Positions 23,391 to 39,920 of a stretch of DNA of 64,000 nt are shown here, piece after piece. A program made the translations under genes and the position numbers. Position 1 is the first letter of the stretch. Every line of letters begins with the position of its first letter. The stretch is taken from positions 2,480,001-2,544,000 of the forward strand of contig OZ024758.1 of the NCBI GenBank assembly GCA_964016885.1, read 5' to 3'. Below the pieces are notes generated by a model that saw nothing but the letters and a program-made list of their open reading frames with translations, was not told the DNA's origin and did not search any database. This DNA is from Eledone cirrhosa (taxonomy: Eukaryota).

Positions 23391-24135
23391 AGTGTTAGTG
23401 GTGGTAGTAGTAGTAGTAGTGGTGGTAGTAGTAGTAGTAGTAGTAGTGGTAGTAGTAATGGTAGTAGTAATGTTTGTGGTAATGTTAGTAGTAGTGGTAG
23501 TGGTAGTAGTAGTAGTAGTGGTAATGGCAGTAATAGTGGTAGTAGTAGTGGTAGTAGTAGTGGTAGTGGTATTAGTAGTGTTGGTGGTAGTGGCATTGTA
23601 GTTGTAGTAGTAGTGGTAGTAGTAGTGTTGGTGGTAGTGTTTGTGGTGGTGTTGGTGGTAGTGGTAGTAGCAGTGTTAGTGGTAGTTGTAGTGGTTGTAG
23701 TAGTGTTAGTGGTAGTAGTGTTAGTGGTAGTAGTAGTGGTAGTGGTAGTAGTAGTGGTATTGGTAGTGTTTGTGGTGGTGTTGGTGGTAGTGGTAGTAGC
23801 AGTGTTAGTGGTAGTTGTAGTGGTTGTAGTAGTGGTAGTGGTATTAGTGGTAGTTGTAGTGGTTGTAGTAGTGGTAGTATTAGTGTTGGTAGTACTGTTT
23901 GTGGTAGTGTTGGTGGTAGTGTTGGTGGTAGTGCTGGTGGTAGTGGTAGTAGTAGTGTTAGTGGTAGTTGTCGTGTTAGTGATAGTGTTGGTGGTAGTGT
24001 TGGTGGTAGTGTTAGTGTTAGTGGTAGTGTTAGTGATAGTAGTAGTGGTAGTGTTAGTGTTAGTGGTAGTGTTAGAGATAGTAGTAGTGGTAGTCGTAGT
24101 GGTAGTGGTAGTGGTGGTGGTAATAGTAGTGCTGT
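23391..24135. repeat. Degenerate (GTA/GTG)n trinucleotide tract
   Basis: Source of the poly-Val/poly-Thr ORFs. Confidence 0.9.
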
Positions 24136-25481
24136 TGGTTTCAATACCTAGGGACACCATCATTCGAGCTCCCATGTCAATACCCAGGGACGCCATCATA
24201 CGTGTCATTACATTAAAGATTACAGTGTTTGTCTCTGTAATTGATTAACCCTTTTATGATTACCCCCTGTCTACAACCCCCCCAGCCACTGCCCCGTCAA
24301 CCTCCACAGCCCCCCCCCCATTTCCCCCACTGTCTCCTTCCCTACACCAGAAATGACCTTTCAGTAAAGTCACCAACTTGTATTCTAATGAAACTCTCTG
24401 CGGAATTGAGATAATTTTAAATTTAATTTTTCATTAGCGGAACAAACCAGATGCAAATCTAACTAAAAATTATTACTTGAATATTTTTTGTTAAAAATAA
24501 ATGGCAAATATATAAAATAAAATAAAATAAAATTGAATTAAATTAAATTAAAAATAATAATAAAATAAAAAAAAAAAATAAAATTAAATTAAATTAAACT
24601 AAAAATAATAAAAAATTAAATTAAATTAAATTAATAATAATAAATAAAACTAAAATAAAACTAAAAACAAATCTTGAGTGAAATTCAATGGTTGTCATTT
24701 ATGAAAGTGTTCCATGTTTGTCATTTATGAAAGCGTTCAGTACAACTTTGATGGTTTCATACCTTTTAAAAGAGAGCTATTAATATATTATCTAATTATC
24801 AACCAATATGACATCGGAAGATGATTCTGTTTTTGATTAAAATATTATTTCCTCCTAATATTACTTCCCTTTTTTAAAACCTTACTTCCGTGAAGATGCA
24901 TGGCTTCGTGGTTAGGGCATTGGGCTTGAAAACGGAAGGTTGTGAGTTCGATTCTGCCAATCCACCGCCCTTAAATCCCTAATAATAGGAAAACCGTGAT
25001 TACTGAAGTGGGGGAGTTGAATGGCCTCTTGAAACAACTTCACTTTTTTATTTTATTTTAGTCCCTTTGGGTGGTTTTCTGTTAGAATATGTAGTGTGCA
25101 TATTGATATTATACGCAAATAGATATGCATGTAGATAAGTTACGTCAAATAAAATTGTAATTGACAATATGCACAGAAATTGAACGAAGTCTGTGTTACA
25201 CTGTCTTATGTAATCAGTAAAGTAATCCATGATACATTTAAAAAAGACGATATTATATATAAACTGCATTACGGTAAAATGTTATGAAAATGAAAAAGGA
25301 GAAAGTTAGCGACGGAAATATAAACCTTATATAATGATGCAAATATTTGAATATTTACATAAGCGATGTAATAAGTGTCATAATATAACGGACGTTAACC
25401 GGAAGTGTAGACATTTGAAAATTTTAAAAGAAGTGAATCTTAGAATAAGCAATCATTATATATAAGAATATAAGAATATAA

Positions 25482-25626
25482 GGATGAAAGGCAAAGTTAA
25501 CTTCGGCGGGATTTCTGAGTTCAAATCCCGCCGAGGTTAATTTGCTTTTCATCCTTACGGGGTCGATAAAATAAAGTACCAGTAATGTACTGGGATAATT
25601 GCTGGCCTTGTGCCAAAAGTAGAAAC
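25482..25626 (+). mobile_element. Same SINE family, 5' end replaced by an inverted copy of its own core
   Basis: aaggatgaaaggcaaagttaacttcggcgggattt is the reverse complement of the adjacent aaatcccgccgaggttaatttgcttttcatcctt. Confidence 0.7.
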
Positions 25627-26399
25627 AATTATATATAAGAATATTTATGGTTAATCGAAATTTAGTACAAAAATTATGTAATATTCATTCATTATTTATT
25701 CAAAGTAATCCAACTTATTTTACTAACTGGATAAAAAAATATATTCAGGACACAGTCCCGCATTCCTCCCTCTATTATATTATGAGTACTTGCCTCACTA
25801 GCTCTTACTGGGGTTGTGAAGCGCCCCGACGGATTAATCCTGTTCCCTTTCGAGTGAAGAGTTAGGTCCATATCTCTAATTTGAGACGCGACGTGCAATG
25901 ACTCGCTTCGGCCTCAAACCCAAGCTCCGCTGCCCGCAATGCGGAAGAGAGGAAGATAGTCAAATACCGGAGCTTGCACCGGTCTCCGTTGAGACCTCTG
26001 GCGTCCTTGGCCCCCACAGAGGAAGATAGTTAAATACAAGGACCTGACCGACCGCTTTCTCTTTGCACTGGTCTCCGTCGAGACACCAGGCGTCCTTGGG
26101 CCCCGCACTGCTCATTTCCTCCATAAATACGATGGCCTGTTTGAGGAGTGAGTCCAGTGAAGTGGGGTGGCTGTTGCAGCAGGTGTCGCTGGCCATTCTC
26201 TGCGGTATTACCTTTGCCACTTTTTCTGCGGTGAGCAGCTGAAGTACCTCTCAGACTGGAGTATAGTGTCTGTCCTTCCTTCACCCCCTTTCTTTCTTTC
26301 TTTCGTTACTTGATCATTCTTTTATTTTTTTTATTTTTTTCTTCTTCTTCTCTTCCCTCTAGTAGTGTGTTTTGTTCCTCTATTTTGTGGAACGATCGA

Positions 26400-26602
26400 C
26401 TTTCGTCAAATCGGACCGAGGAAACAATGTTTCCGTTGGTCTTTCCAATTGCTAATACTATCTATCGGTCGCAACTCCAGGTAGACAGAGCAACGTGAAA
26501 TAAAGTGTCTTGCTGAAGGACATAACTCATCGCCTGGTCCAGGAATCGAACTCACAACCTCACGATTGCGAATCCAATTCTCTAACCACTCAGCCACACG
26601 CC
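26400..26602 (-). mobile_element. CORE-like tRNA-derived SINE
   Basis: Minus: ggcgtgtggctgagtggttagag...gagttcgattcctgg...cagcaagacactttatttcacgttgctc. Confidence 0.7.
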
Positions 26603-27671
26603 TTCACTGTTCCTCTACACCATTATAATAAATACCTGTGAATGTGAGACATATTTCTTAAAACACAAATGGCAAACATACAATGTATTGAATCAAAAGA
26701 GATTTTTGTAATAATTATACAATAAATTATAAATAATACAATCCTTATTAGTGATAAATTTATCGTTAAGTAATTATCGTTGATGAGTAAAAATTTATAA
26801 TGCACTAAAAAATAACATCTCTGACACTACTACCACTACTACTACCACCACTACCACTACCACCACTACCACCACTACCACCACTACCACCACTACTTCC
26901 ACCACCACTACCACCACTACCACCACAACTACCACCACTACTACCACTACCACTACCACCACCACTACTACCACTACCACCACCACTACCACCTCTACTA
27001 CCACCACGACTACTACTACCACCACCGCCACTACCACTACCACTACTAACACCACTCTTACCACTCCTACTACCATCACTATTTGAACTCAGACCGTAAA
27101 GGGACGTAACTCTGCTGGAAAGCATGGCGTCCGACTCGACAAATACTGCCAAAAATAATGTTTATTTCACACACACATACAGATAGACATACACACACAG
27201 ACACACACACTCGCACCCTAACCCAAACACACACATACTCAAACACACACACACCGACACACACACACATACACCGACACACACATACACATACACACAC
27301 AAACACACACACACACATACACACTTTGAAATTGAGACAATATATATTCTGGTGTCTAGAACTTTCCAATCTGTATTCAGTTATAAATCAGTTCTGCACA
27401 TAAAATATATTCCTTGTCACATTTAATTAAGATGACAATTTTTCAGGTCTTGTTAAGATAAATATAGGAAAGACATTTTCTTCTTAGATTATGAAAAAAA
27501 AACAAGAATTTAGTATTTAATCTGTGAAAAACAACAATTTAGTTCTGAAACGATGAAAACCAAAACAAAATCCTATGTTTACCCAAACCCGTCCTCACAT
27601 TTAACCACATAGACGTACTAACTGTATTAGTATTTTCCTGTACTTTGGTGTTCAAAAATCTTGTCCCGATA

Positions 27672-28100
27672 TATCAGAGGTCTGGATCGTTTATCGGAGG
27701 TCTGGAACCTTTATCAGAGGTCTGGAACCTTTATCAGAGGTCTGGAGCCTTTATCAACGATCTGGAGCCTTTATCAAAGATCTGGAGCCTTTATCAGAGG
27801 TCTGGAGTCTTTATCAGAGGTCTAGTGCATTTATCAGAAGTCTAGAGCCTTTATCAGAGGTCTGGAGCCTTTATCAGAGATCTGGGGCCTTTATCAGAGG
27901 TCTGGAACCTCTATCAGATGTCGGGAACCTTTATCAAAAGTTTGGAGTCTTTATCTGGAACTTTTATCAGAGATCTGGAATTTTTCTAGCTTTCACAAAT
28001 CCTGTCCCCATATATCAGAGGTGTGGATACTTTATGAGAAATCTGGTTTATCAGAGGTCTGCAGCCTTTATCAGAGATCTGGAGCCTTTATCAGATGTCT
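27672..28100. repeat. 20-bp minisatellite (tttatcagaggtctggagcc)n
   Basis: ~20 diverged head-to-tail units. Confidence 0.9.
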
Positions 28101-29649
28101 GATAAACATTTCCAGGCAATTTTTGAAGTTAGGCGTGTGATTCAGAAAGCCACACAAACTGCATGCAGCTCGCGAAACTCGGGCCACAGTTTTTCCATTG
28201 CTGGTTTAAACTCATATCAGCCCTGATTGAGCAGATCTATGATCAAAGACATTCCAGCTATGACCATCCAGCATTTCATTTCCAAAATAATGTATCTAGG
28301 GTTACATTATCCAATGTTTTGTTTCTTTTTAAAGACAAGTAGAGTGTGAGTTGAGGGAGATTTGGCTGCTATTTTTAACAAGTTGAGTAATTGCTCAGAG
28401 CAAGGGTCGAGAACTTTTTAAAATATTACACCAACATCAATTCAAGTAAAACGAGATTTCCCCAGACTTCAAAGTAAACAAAAACATGTTCATTGCTGTT
28501 AAAAATATTTGATATGGCAATATATAAAATTATATTAAAAATATACAAAGAAAAATAAAGATATCAAACATAGGAGAAAACTGAAAAAATAGAATTAATA
28601 AAGAGGATTGAAGAGGTGGAGAATTTCATTGAAAACATCAATTCAAGTTTATGAAAAATAATGCTGCTTTATTATTAATATAACAACATGAAAACCAGAA
28701 TTTTTTAATGTCAGAGCAACTTGGATGTGGTCTTCTCACTGTTTTCTATATTTTGTTAAAAACAACAACAATACAAAAACACACAACTAACTGACAAACG
28801 AAAAAAGTAACAAAAATATAAAATAACAAAATAAAGTATATTATGGAGAATTATTAAAAAACGTTGACAAGTCTCATTATGGATCAATTTTCAATTTCAC
28901 AAGAATTAATCTGGATGAATTTCCAAGTTCACCCGGATTATTAAGGATCAGTTTTCCAGTTCAAAAGCAGCAGAATGGAATAATATAATAAAAAAAAAAA
29001 GAATGTTGGCATAAAAAATAGTACCAAAAGAATTATCGAACTGAAAAATTTCATTGAAAACAACTCCACTTAAGGTTTTGGAAAAACAACAACAATAATT
29101 ATTCTGTTTAATCTTTGATATGGTAACATCAAAATTTCAGTTTTTTTTTTAAATGTCAGAGCCACTTGAGATTTCTGCACCTTGTTTTCAAGTTCACAAG
29201 ATTCACAAGTTTTAAGAATGGTTTTCCACAAAGACAGCTAGTGTCAAAAGGTAGTAGGATTTTATAATTTCCACATATGCAGTTTTGAAACACTTTGAAT
29301 TCTTTTGATACCCACAAAAGTTAGAGCTTATAGGCTGTTGTAAAATTTCTCAAGGGCTTCCTTTTAGGATGAATTTAAAGAAGGACCTTTGCCAATCCCT
29401 CAGAAACATCGGTAATATTACAGTTAAAGGGGCTCATAACCCAACTGACAACCATACTAGAGAACCACTGTTTCATTTAGTTAAGATGTTTCATAATTTA
29501 ATTTTTGTCTCAATTGAGAGATCATAGCTCTGATACTATAGACATGAAGTTAGAATGTTTCAGGAAAGAATAGCTGGGCATATTTTAGGAGATCCAGCCG
29601 GATCAATTTAAGACGGTTGCTTTTAACAGGAACTGCTGGAAGGCGTGCT

Positions 29650-29935
29650 TGAGGACTCTCCCAAGAAGAAGAAGAAGAAGATACAGGGTAGGCCCACTCA
29701 CACGGACCATTCTTGCCTCTCTTACCCACCTTTCAACAAACTGGCTGGAAGGCAGCACTTCCTCTCCACCCTGATCTTCCTTTTCAGGCGAAACCTGAAA
29801 AAGTTAATGAGGGCGCCACCGAAGAGGAAAGTAGCCCTTTTCAAACCTTTCAGACGCGGCCACCATACGACTTCTTTTACCATGGCCACCAGGCAGATAA
29901 AAACTGCCTGCCCTTCCCGACTAAAGGAAGGCGGT
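29650..29935 (-). mobile_element. L1/Tx1-like LINE ORF2 C-terminal fragment
   Basis: AVFICLVAMVKEVVWWPRLKGLK...INFFRFRLKRKIRVER; GC-rich island. Confidence 0.5.
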
Positions 29936-30299
29936 AACAACAATATTAATTATAGCAACAGTAATAATAGTAATGGTAATACATGTGCTTCTCTTAACAT
30001 GACAGAACTCTTTTGTGTGAAGTCAGAAAAAGCTAAAGCAATTTATTCATACATATTTGATTAGTGTAAAAGTTGATTGAAATATCTGCTGGAAATCTTC
30101 TCCTGTAATCTGACTATGTTCACTCTAAACAATGATAATCTATTATAGGTGGAGCCACAGTAGATCTGATTCACGAATCTAACAAAATAGAGACTCGGCC
30201 GGAAATTACAATACGTGATGTTTCGTTACAGTCAAAGAATATTTCCAAAGATTTGGTATTGCTGAGTACTGGAGAAAGAAGAAAGTTTATTGGAATTTG

Positions 30300-30828
30300 T
30301 GGTAATGGCTATCACGATGGTTGTGATGGATGGTGGTGGTAGTGGTGCTATTGGTGGTAGTGGTGGTAGTGGTGGTGGTGGTATTGGTGGTGGTGGTGTT
30401 GGTGGTGTTGGTATTGGTGGTGGTGGTGGTATTGGTGGTGTTGGTATTGGTGGTATTGGTGGTGTTGGTGGTAGTGATGGTATTGGTGGTAGTATTGGTG
30501 GTGATGGTGGTATTGGTGGTAGTATTGGTGGTGTTGGTGGTATTGGTGGTAGTATTGGTGGTGTTGGTATTGGTGGTGTTGGTGGTAGTGATGGTGGTGT
30601 TGGTGGTAACGATGGTGGTGGTATTGGTGGTAGTATTGGTGGTAGTGCTGGTGGTAGAGAGGGGTGGTGTTGGTGGTAGTGGTATTGGGAGGTGTGATGG
30701 TGATGGTATTGATGGGGGTGGTAGTGGTGGTGGTGGTATTGGAGGTAGTGATGGTGGTAGTGTTCGTAGTATTGGTGGTTTTTTTGATGGTGATGGTATT
30801 GTGGATTGTATTGTTGTTGTTGATAATG

Positions 30829-30865
<37 letters not shown>

Positions 30866-30897
30866 CGATAGTAATAGAATCAATGTTGATTTGTGTG

Positions 30898-30928
<31 letters not shown>

Positions 30929-30960
30929 ACAGTAGTAGTATTAGTAGCAGTGATAGTAGT
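30300..30960. repeat. Degenerate (GGT/AGT)n trinucleotide tract
   Basis: Source of Gly/Val/Thr-rich ORFs. Confidence 0.9.
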
Positions 30961-31096
30961 ATCGTTTCTCATAATTCAGATATATACTCTACATGTAGCT
31001 GTCCAGATATATTCAGACACCCATATATATATATATATATAAAACAAGAAGTGTAAGTCAACAGGTTAAAATTAACAACTTCGTTTATTCATATTC

Positions 31097-31155
31097 GCTG
31101 CAATATATATTTCGGTGATAACCATTATTCAACAGCTATGACTTCATCAGACAGC
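31097..31155 (-). ncRNA. Minimal hammerhead ribozyme with palindromic stem III
   Basis: Minus strand: GCTGT-CTGATGA-stem II-GAAA-TATATA-TT-GCAGC; stem I GCTGT/GCAGC. Confidence 0.7.
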
Positions 31156-32249
31156 TACAACTTGAACAGAAAAAACAGAAAAATATAATGGTGGAACAAA
31201 GTTTATCTCCGTTATTTCGGTCCTTTGATATACTCAGTTCCTAAGTGTGCTGTTGTTTTCTCAAAGAACTGGTGGCACAACACCACACTTCGGAACTGGG
31301 CATATCAACCACATAACGAGGTAAATTTTGTTCTACTATTATGTTTTCTCGTTGCTCCACAAACAAACCTTGAACCCCAGAGGGGAACTTTCTAGGTGCC
31401 AAACCATGGTCTTTGTGACAGACGGATGTCTTTTGTTAATGTAAATATTTGAAGAATAAGAAAGTGTATGCTATTTTACACCCGTATGTGTATTCACAAT
31501 TCTTCCAGAATAATGTTGGAAGTTATTACGAAGTCAATTTATTCAGGAAACCACGGAGAGTTGTATTATTAATTTAATTTTGTTTAGTCTATTTCAAGGC
31601 TATGTTAGAAACAGAGGATATTTGTTTTTAAGATAAATTTCTCTTCTCAACATTTTTTTGTCAAACTAATTCGCTTTCCAGCAAGTTTCTTATTTAAACA
31701 ATCTTTTATTTCGAAACTGGAAGAAGCAACAACAACAACAACAACAACTGCAGCAGCAATTACTGTAACAACAACAACAACAACTGCAACAACAATAACT
31801 TCAACAACAAGAACAAGAACAACAACTGCAACTAATAAAAATAACAAAAATAATATAAAAAAAAAAAATGGTAACTAAAACAATTGCAACCATAACTGCA
31901 ATAACAACAACAACTACTACAACTAAAACACCAACTGTAACAACAACAAACAACAGCAACAACAACTAAATCAACGACTGTAACAACAACAACAGCATTA
32001 ATAACAACAACAACAACTGTAACGACAATTGCAACTAAATCAACTGCAACAACAAGTGCAGCAACAACAACAAGTGCAGCAACAAAAACAACAGCTACAC
32101 CAACAGCAACAACAACAACGACAACAGCAACAACAACAACAACAAGATTTGAATGATGAATTTAATTTATCTTTTGACAAACTTAACTTAGTTTAACTAG
32201 GAATGAATATGTTGCCTGTTAGCAGATATAGTTTTTACTGACTTGTATC

Positions 32250-34130
<1,881 letters not shown>

Positions 34131-34588
34131 TACATACTTACCCACACATACATAGAGTTATAATCTGACGAGGAAATACAGTGAGAATATCTCTGTATCT
34201 TTGTAACCGTCAACTCTGTTGTATGTATGAGTCTCTCACCATAAACCTCTCTCACCCACTCTCTCTTTGTGACATGCGTTTCGCTATCGATCAACTCAAG
34301 GTACGATCGACATTCATCGGGTCCGACTCTGAAATCGACAGTCCAAAACACTTGTGGATTCCTTAATTAATCCACATTGGACACCGGAATAATTCCTTTA
34401 TTTTCCTCAGAAGAAGAGATATTAAGCTCAAAATATCAGAACATGAATAAATTAAGGTAAAAAAACCCCCCTGTTTCTTGCGTTTTAATTTTTTCTCTGC
34501 CCAAATCTGCATTGTCGTGCCTTTCCAACTTCGAATTCTTTATACCCTATATAATGATTTAAGTAAACTACAAAACCTTCTCCCTCTC

Positions 34589-34657
<69 letters not shown>

Positions 34658-35832
34658 GTGAAGACTAAAATCCGAAGAGGCCTCGATAAGGATTATATAT
34701 ATATAATATATATAAAACCGTAGAGCAAATATTTATTATAAGAACAGATTTAAGTTTAAGCAAATAATTGCTGCTTTCACCCTTAACGGGATCTTCAGAG
34801 GATCGTGTTAAGGGTGAAAGCAACGATTCATTGCTTAAACTTAAATATATTCTTATAACATATATATATATATATGAGGAATTTGTAGTTTATATCTCTA
34901 TATATATAAACGTAGGAAAATTAATAACTGGAAGACCACTATTGAAAACAAGGCAAAACGAAAATCAATTTATATATATCAACTCCAAACCATTTCCTGA
35001 AGACGTATTAGTAAATAGTTTAGGACACATCGATGAGCTAATTATATTGGAACCAAGCCAAAGACTCACATAGTACATGGCTTAGATTTTATTATGTAAT
35101 TACAATTGCTTTTGAACTATAATCTGTGGCCTGCACTGATACTAACTACATTTCTGTATACACTATAAATGATACTAACTACATTTTAGTTGTTACTGAC
35201 TACATTTTTGTTGTTACTAGTTCTAAATAGATGTTAGTACATGTTAGTATACACTATTACTGGTTATAAATAGATGTTAATTATACTCAGTACATATTAG
35301 TGTACACTATTACTTATACTAACTACATGTTAGTACATACTATTACTGCCTTTAGTACAACACATTCGTGTCAAGAAAAGCCATGGAATACTAAACGCGG
35401 TAATGTATATATATATATATACATAGTGTATGTATGTATATATATATATACATAGAGAGAGAGAGAGAGAGAGAGAGGGAGATGGTGGGGGAGGGCCCGG
35501 GAGGAATTAATGTCGATATAATCCAGGCGTTTGTTAAGTAACAGGTTTCATATTTCAAGTTTCAAGAATATTAATCTTGTTCAAACATCTTGGAAGTTCT
35601 GGTCATATCTTAAGTGTCTTTTATAGTAAGGAAAGAAATCTGTTTAAAGCACCACCAAATGTCCCTCGCCTTGTTTAACGTGTAAGGGACGACCCAACTG
35701 AAATATCTTTATCGCCCTTTCTGTCGGATTTATTACATACACACATGTATATGTATGTATGTATATATACATACACATATATATATATATTTATATATTT
35801 ATATATATACATACATATTTATACACACAAAG

Positions 35833-35870
<38 letters not shown>

Positions 35871-36607
35871 GTACCTTTTTCTCTCACTCTTTCCCCATAT
35901 CTCCCCCTCTCTCTCTGTCCCTTTCATTCTAGACTATACGACCTTCGTTCCACTAAAATTCCCACTATCGTTCCCTAACAACTTCTCTCCCTAAACTTAT
36001 CAACGTCGTTGAAAGAAGAACCACGACCAAATTCTTCTTTAGAAATCAGGCCAATAAATTCTTAATGTCCTTTGTATGTCAAATCGTTGTATCTAAACTG
36101 CTTATATCATTTTCAACATGGCTATGGGAATTTGTTTATGTATAAGAATATCTAGAGATATAGGAAATACTTATCCTAACACTTTAACATCTGTGTATTG
36201 AAATACTTAGATGCTTTCATACATACATAGGTCCATACATACACACATACATACTATATATATATACATAGGTAGATACATACATACATACATACATACA
36301 TACATACATACATACATACATACATACATACATAGGTACCTATATATATACATATATACATACATTCATGCGTACATGCGCACATACATATATACATATA
36401 TAGATACATATATACATAGGTACATACATATATACACATATATATATATATATTCATGCGAACATACATAAATACATACATATATATACGTACATTCATT
36501 CATACATACATACAATCACACATACACACATACATTCATACATACAAATGTACATTGACACATACATACAAATGTACATTGACACATACATACAAATGTA
36601 CATTGAC

Positions 36608-36741
<134 letters not shown>

Positions 36742-37127
36742 GTATATCACAGAAAAAAGAGAATCAGTGTTACGACGAAAGGAATTTATTGGACATATTA
36801 CAATTGTTTCTCGGGCGACCAGCTCGAGGCACGATCGATATGGTGATCAAACCTGACTCTGAAATCGCGGGATCCTCGGATACGTCTCGATTCTACGAAG
36901 CAGATTTTCCTTTGAAGGCATCGAGTGCTCATACGGCCTACCGCATACGGACGCTTTAAGCATCCAACACCAATTATATATATATGTATATATATATGTC
37001 CTTAATGCGTTGAAATGTCCGACACCCCCACCAGACAAATGAAGAGAGGACCTGTTCCTTGTTTGTGCTTTCCTTTTAGTTCTAAATACAATTACACTTT
37101 ATCAAGTAACCACACAGCCCCCTGTTT

Positions 37128-37239
<112 letters not shown>

Positions 37240-37338
37240 TGGTGTTCCCACCAAAATGTATACATACTTTGATTACCTGTACAAGCAATATTTATTAGAA
37301 TGTTGTTGAAGTATGTATATATGTTTTTGGGATACCCT

Positions 37339-37371
<33 letters not shown>

Positions 37372-37989
37372 TATATATCTTTATAAACATACCTATATAC
37401 ATATATATATATATACATATACATATACATATCTTTATACACATGCATACATATGTGTGTGTATGTGCATGTGTGTAAGTGTATGCGTAAATGTAAGCAT
37501 GTATACATGTATGTATGTGCGTGTGTACATGTGTGTGTAAGTGTATGTGTATACTTGTGTGTATATATATATGTGTATGAATCGGTATATATCGGTGTAT
37601 CTTTTGAAATTTCATTACAGAAGCCTTCAAAAGAAGACAAAAGAAAATATATATAAAATATAAAATATAAATAATTTTAAAGTAACTAAAAAAACCATAC
37701 AAACACACTACCAAACCAACCAACAAACAAACCAACGAACCAAAGCACCAAACCAACAAAACAACAAACCAATATACCAACATACAAACCAAGGTTTCCC
37801 TTGAAAAGATAAAAACAGCGATTATTTTTATAACTATCTTTCTTGACAAAGCTCAGTAGAATTTCTAATTTCGGGGCAAAACGATGCAGTTCTTTGATGT
37901 AACTTTCTAACACTTTCGGAAACCTTTTATTCATGTAATTATCAGATGTTTTTAGGGAAAACAATTCGGCCTTTGTTATTCCATTATAT

Positions 37990-38292
37990 CCCTCCTATCT
38001 CTCTATTTTCTTCTCAAGTCTCTCAAGCCTTATTCTTTCTGTTAATAGTTTTTGTTCTTTCATTACACCCCGCCTATTTCTTTATTTTCTTCTTCTCAAG
38101 TCTCTCAAGTCTTATTCTTTCTGTTAATAGTTTTTGTTATTTCATTAAACCCCACCAGTCTCTCTATTTTCCTCTTAAGTCTATCATTTCTTACACTCTC
38201 TGCTAATAGTTTTTGTTATTTCATTAACACCCCACCTATCTTTCTATTTTCCTCTCAAGTCTCTCAACCCTTATTCTCTCTGCTAATAGTTT
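37990..38292. repeat. ~80-bp pyrimidine-rich tandem repeat (x4)
   Basis: tctctattttc.tctcaagtctctcaa...ttctgttaatagttttt units. Confidence 0.75.
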
Positions 38293-38579
38293 TCCGATTT
38301 ACTTTCACACCTACTTGCCCACTTTCGTCTTTTTTTGGTACTTCTAAGATTTTGTTTCCCTAAGAATTACAGACAAGTATATCCGTTACTTATTAAAAAC
38401 ACATTTAAAAGTCTACTTAATTATGCTCTGAGAAATATTTCTTTTTCAATTTTCAAACGTTGAAAAATTCATTAAAATAGAAAGGAGAAGCATCTTCAGT
38501 TACATAATGAACGCTTGGTAGGTTTTGTTTAATATTTGGTAGGGGTGTAGAAGGTGGGGAGGGAATAGATGATAAAACA

Positions 38580-38946
38580 GAGGAGGAAGAAGAAGATGAA
38601 GAAGAAGAAGATAAAGAAGTAGAAGAATAACAAGAGTAGTAGAAGAAGAAGAAGAAGAAGAAGAAGAAGAAGATATAAGGAGAAACAGAGTAGAAAAAAG
38701 ACGAAGGAATAGAAAGAAAAAAAAAGACTTCGATGAAAGAGAAAAGACGGAAGAAGACGGAAAAAAGGAAAATGTAGATGAAGAAGATGAAGACAAAATA
38801 TGAAGAAGAAGAAGAAGAAGAAGAAGAAGAAGAAGAAGAAGAAATCGAAGATAAAGAAGATAAAGCAGAAGAAGAAGAAATCGAAGATAAAGAAGATAAA
38901 GCAGAAGAAGAAGAAGAAAAAGACGACGAAGAAGTAGAAGAAAAAA

Positions 38947-39007
<61 letters not shown>

Positions 39008-39012
39008 AGAAG
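38580..39012. repeat. (GAA)n/(GAAA)n purine tract
   Basis: Direct inspection. Confidence 0.88.
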
Positions 39013-39253
39013 GATAATGGTGAAGACAAAACTGTGTAGAATATTATTAGGGATTCTATCAAGTCTAAGAGTGAAAGAAATGAGATTTGTCTTGGCAAAA
39101 CAATGGCATATCTCTGAGTTCCCTAGGCAACAGCTTCAATTGCATATTATAATATTTCGCCGGCCGATTATTATTTCTTTTAGAGGTTAGTCGAAATCAA
39201 ATATGTCCGCCATATCTTGAAACACTAATGCAATCAGGTTGGTAAAGATACGA

Positions 39254-39277
39254 ATATATATATATATATATATATAC

Positions 39278-39309
<32 letters not shown>

Positions 39310-39367
39310 TATACAGTATATATATATGTATATATATATATATATATATATACAGTATATATATATG

Positions 39368-39417
<50 letters not shown>

Positions 39418-39420
39418 CAG

Positions 39421-39452
<32 letters not shown>

Positions 39453-39490
39453 GTATATATATATGTATATATATATATATACAGTATATA

Positions 39491-39555
<65 letters not shown>

Positions 39556-39581
39556 TATATATATATATATATATATATACA

Positions 39582-39623
<42 letters not shown>

Positions 39624-39649
39624 TATATATATATATATATATATATACA

Positions 39650-39712
<63 letters not shown>

Positions 39713-39920
39713 TATATACACAAATATATACAGATTTATACAGATATATACAGATATATAAACAGATATATACAGATATATACAGACATTCATACACAGA
39801 CACACACAGAGGCACACACATACACGCACACATACACACATACACAGGCGCACACACACAGGCAGATGCATATACATTTACACACATATACACAAACGCA
39901 CACACACACAGACACACATA
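39254..39920. repeat. (TA)n with periodic CAG interruptions, then (CA)n
   Basis: Direct inspection. Confidence 0.9.

Noticed and set aside
23366-24248. Thr-rich mucin-like and poly-Val ORFs
   Set aside because: Translations of a degenerate trinucleotide tract, open in several frames, with no splice or domain support. The same applies to 26795-27152 and 30287-31056.
27672-28100. CRISPR-like 20-bp repeats
   Set aside because: No spacers and no cas genes; an ordinary minisatellite.
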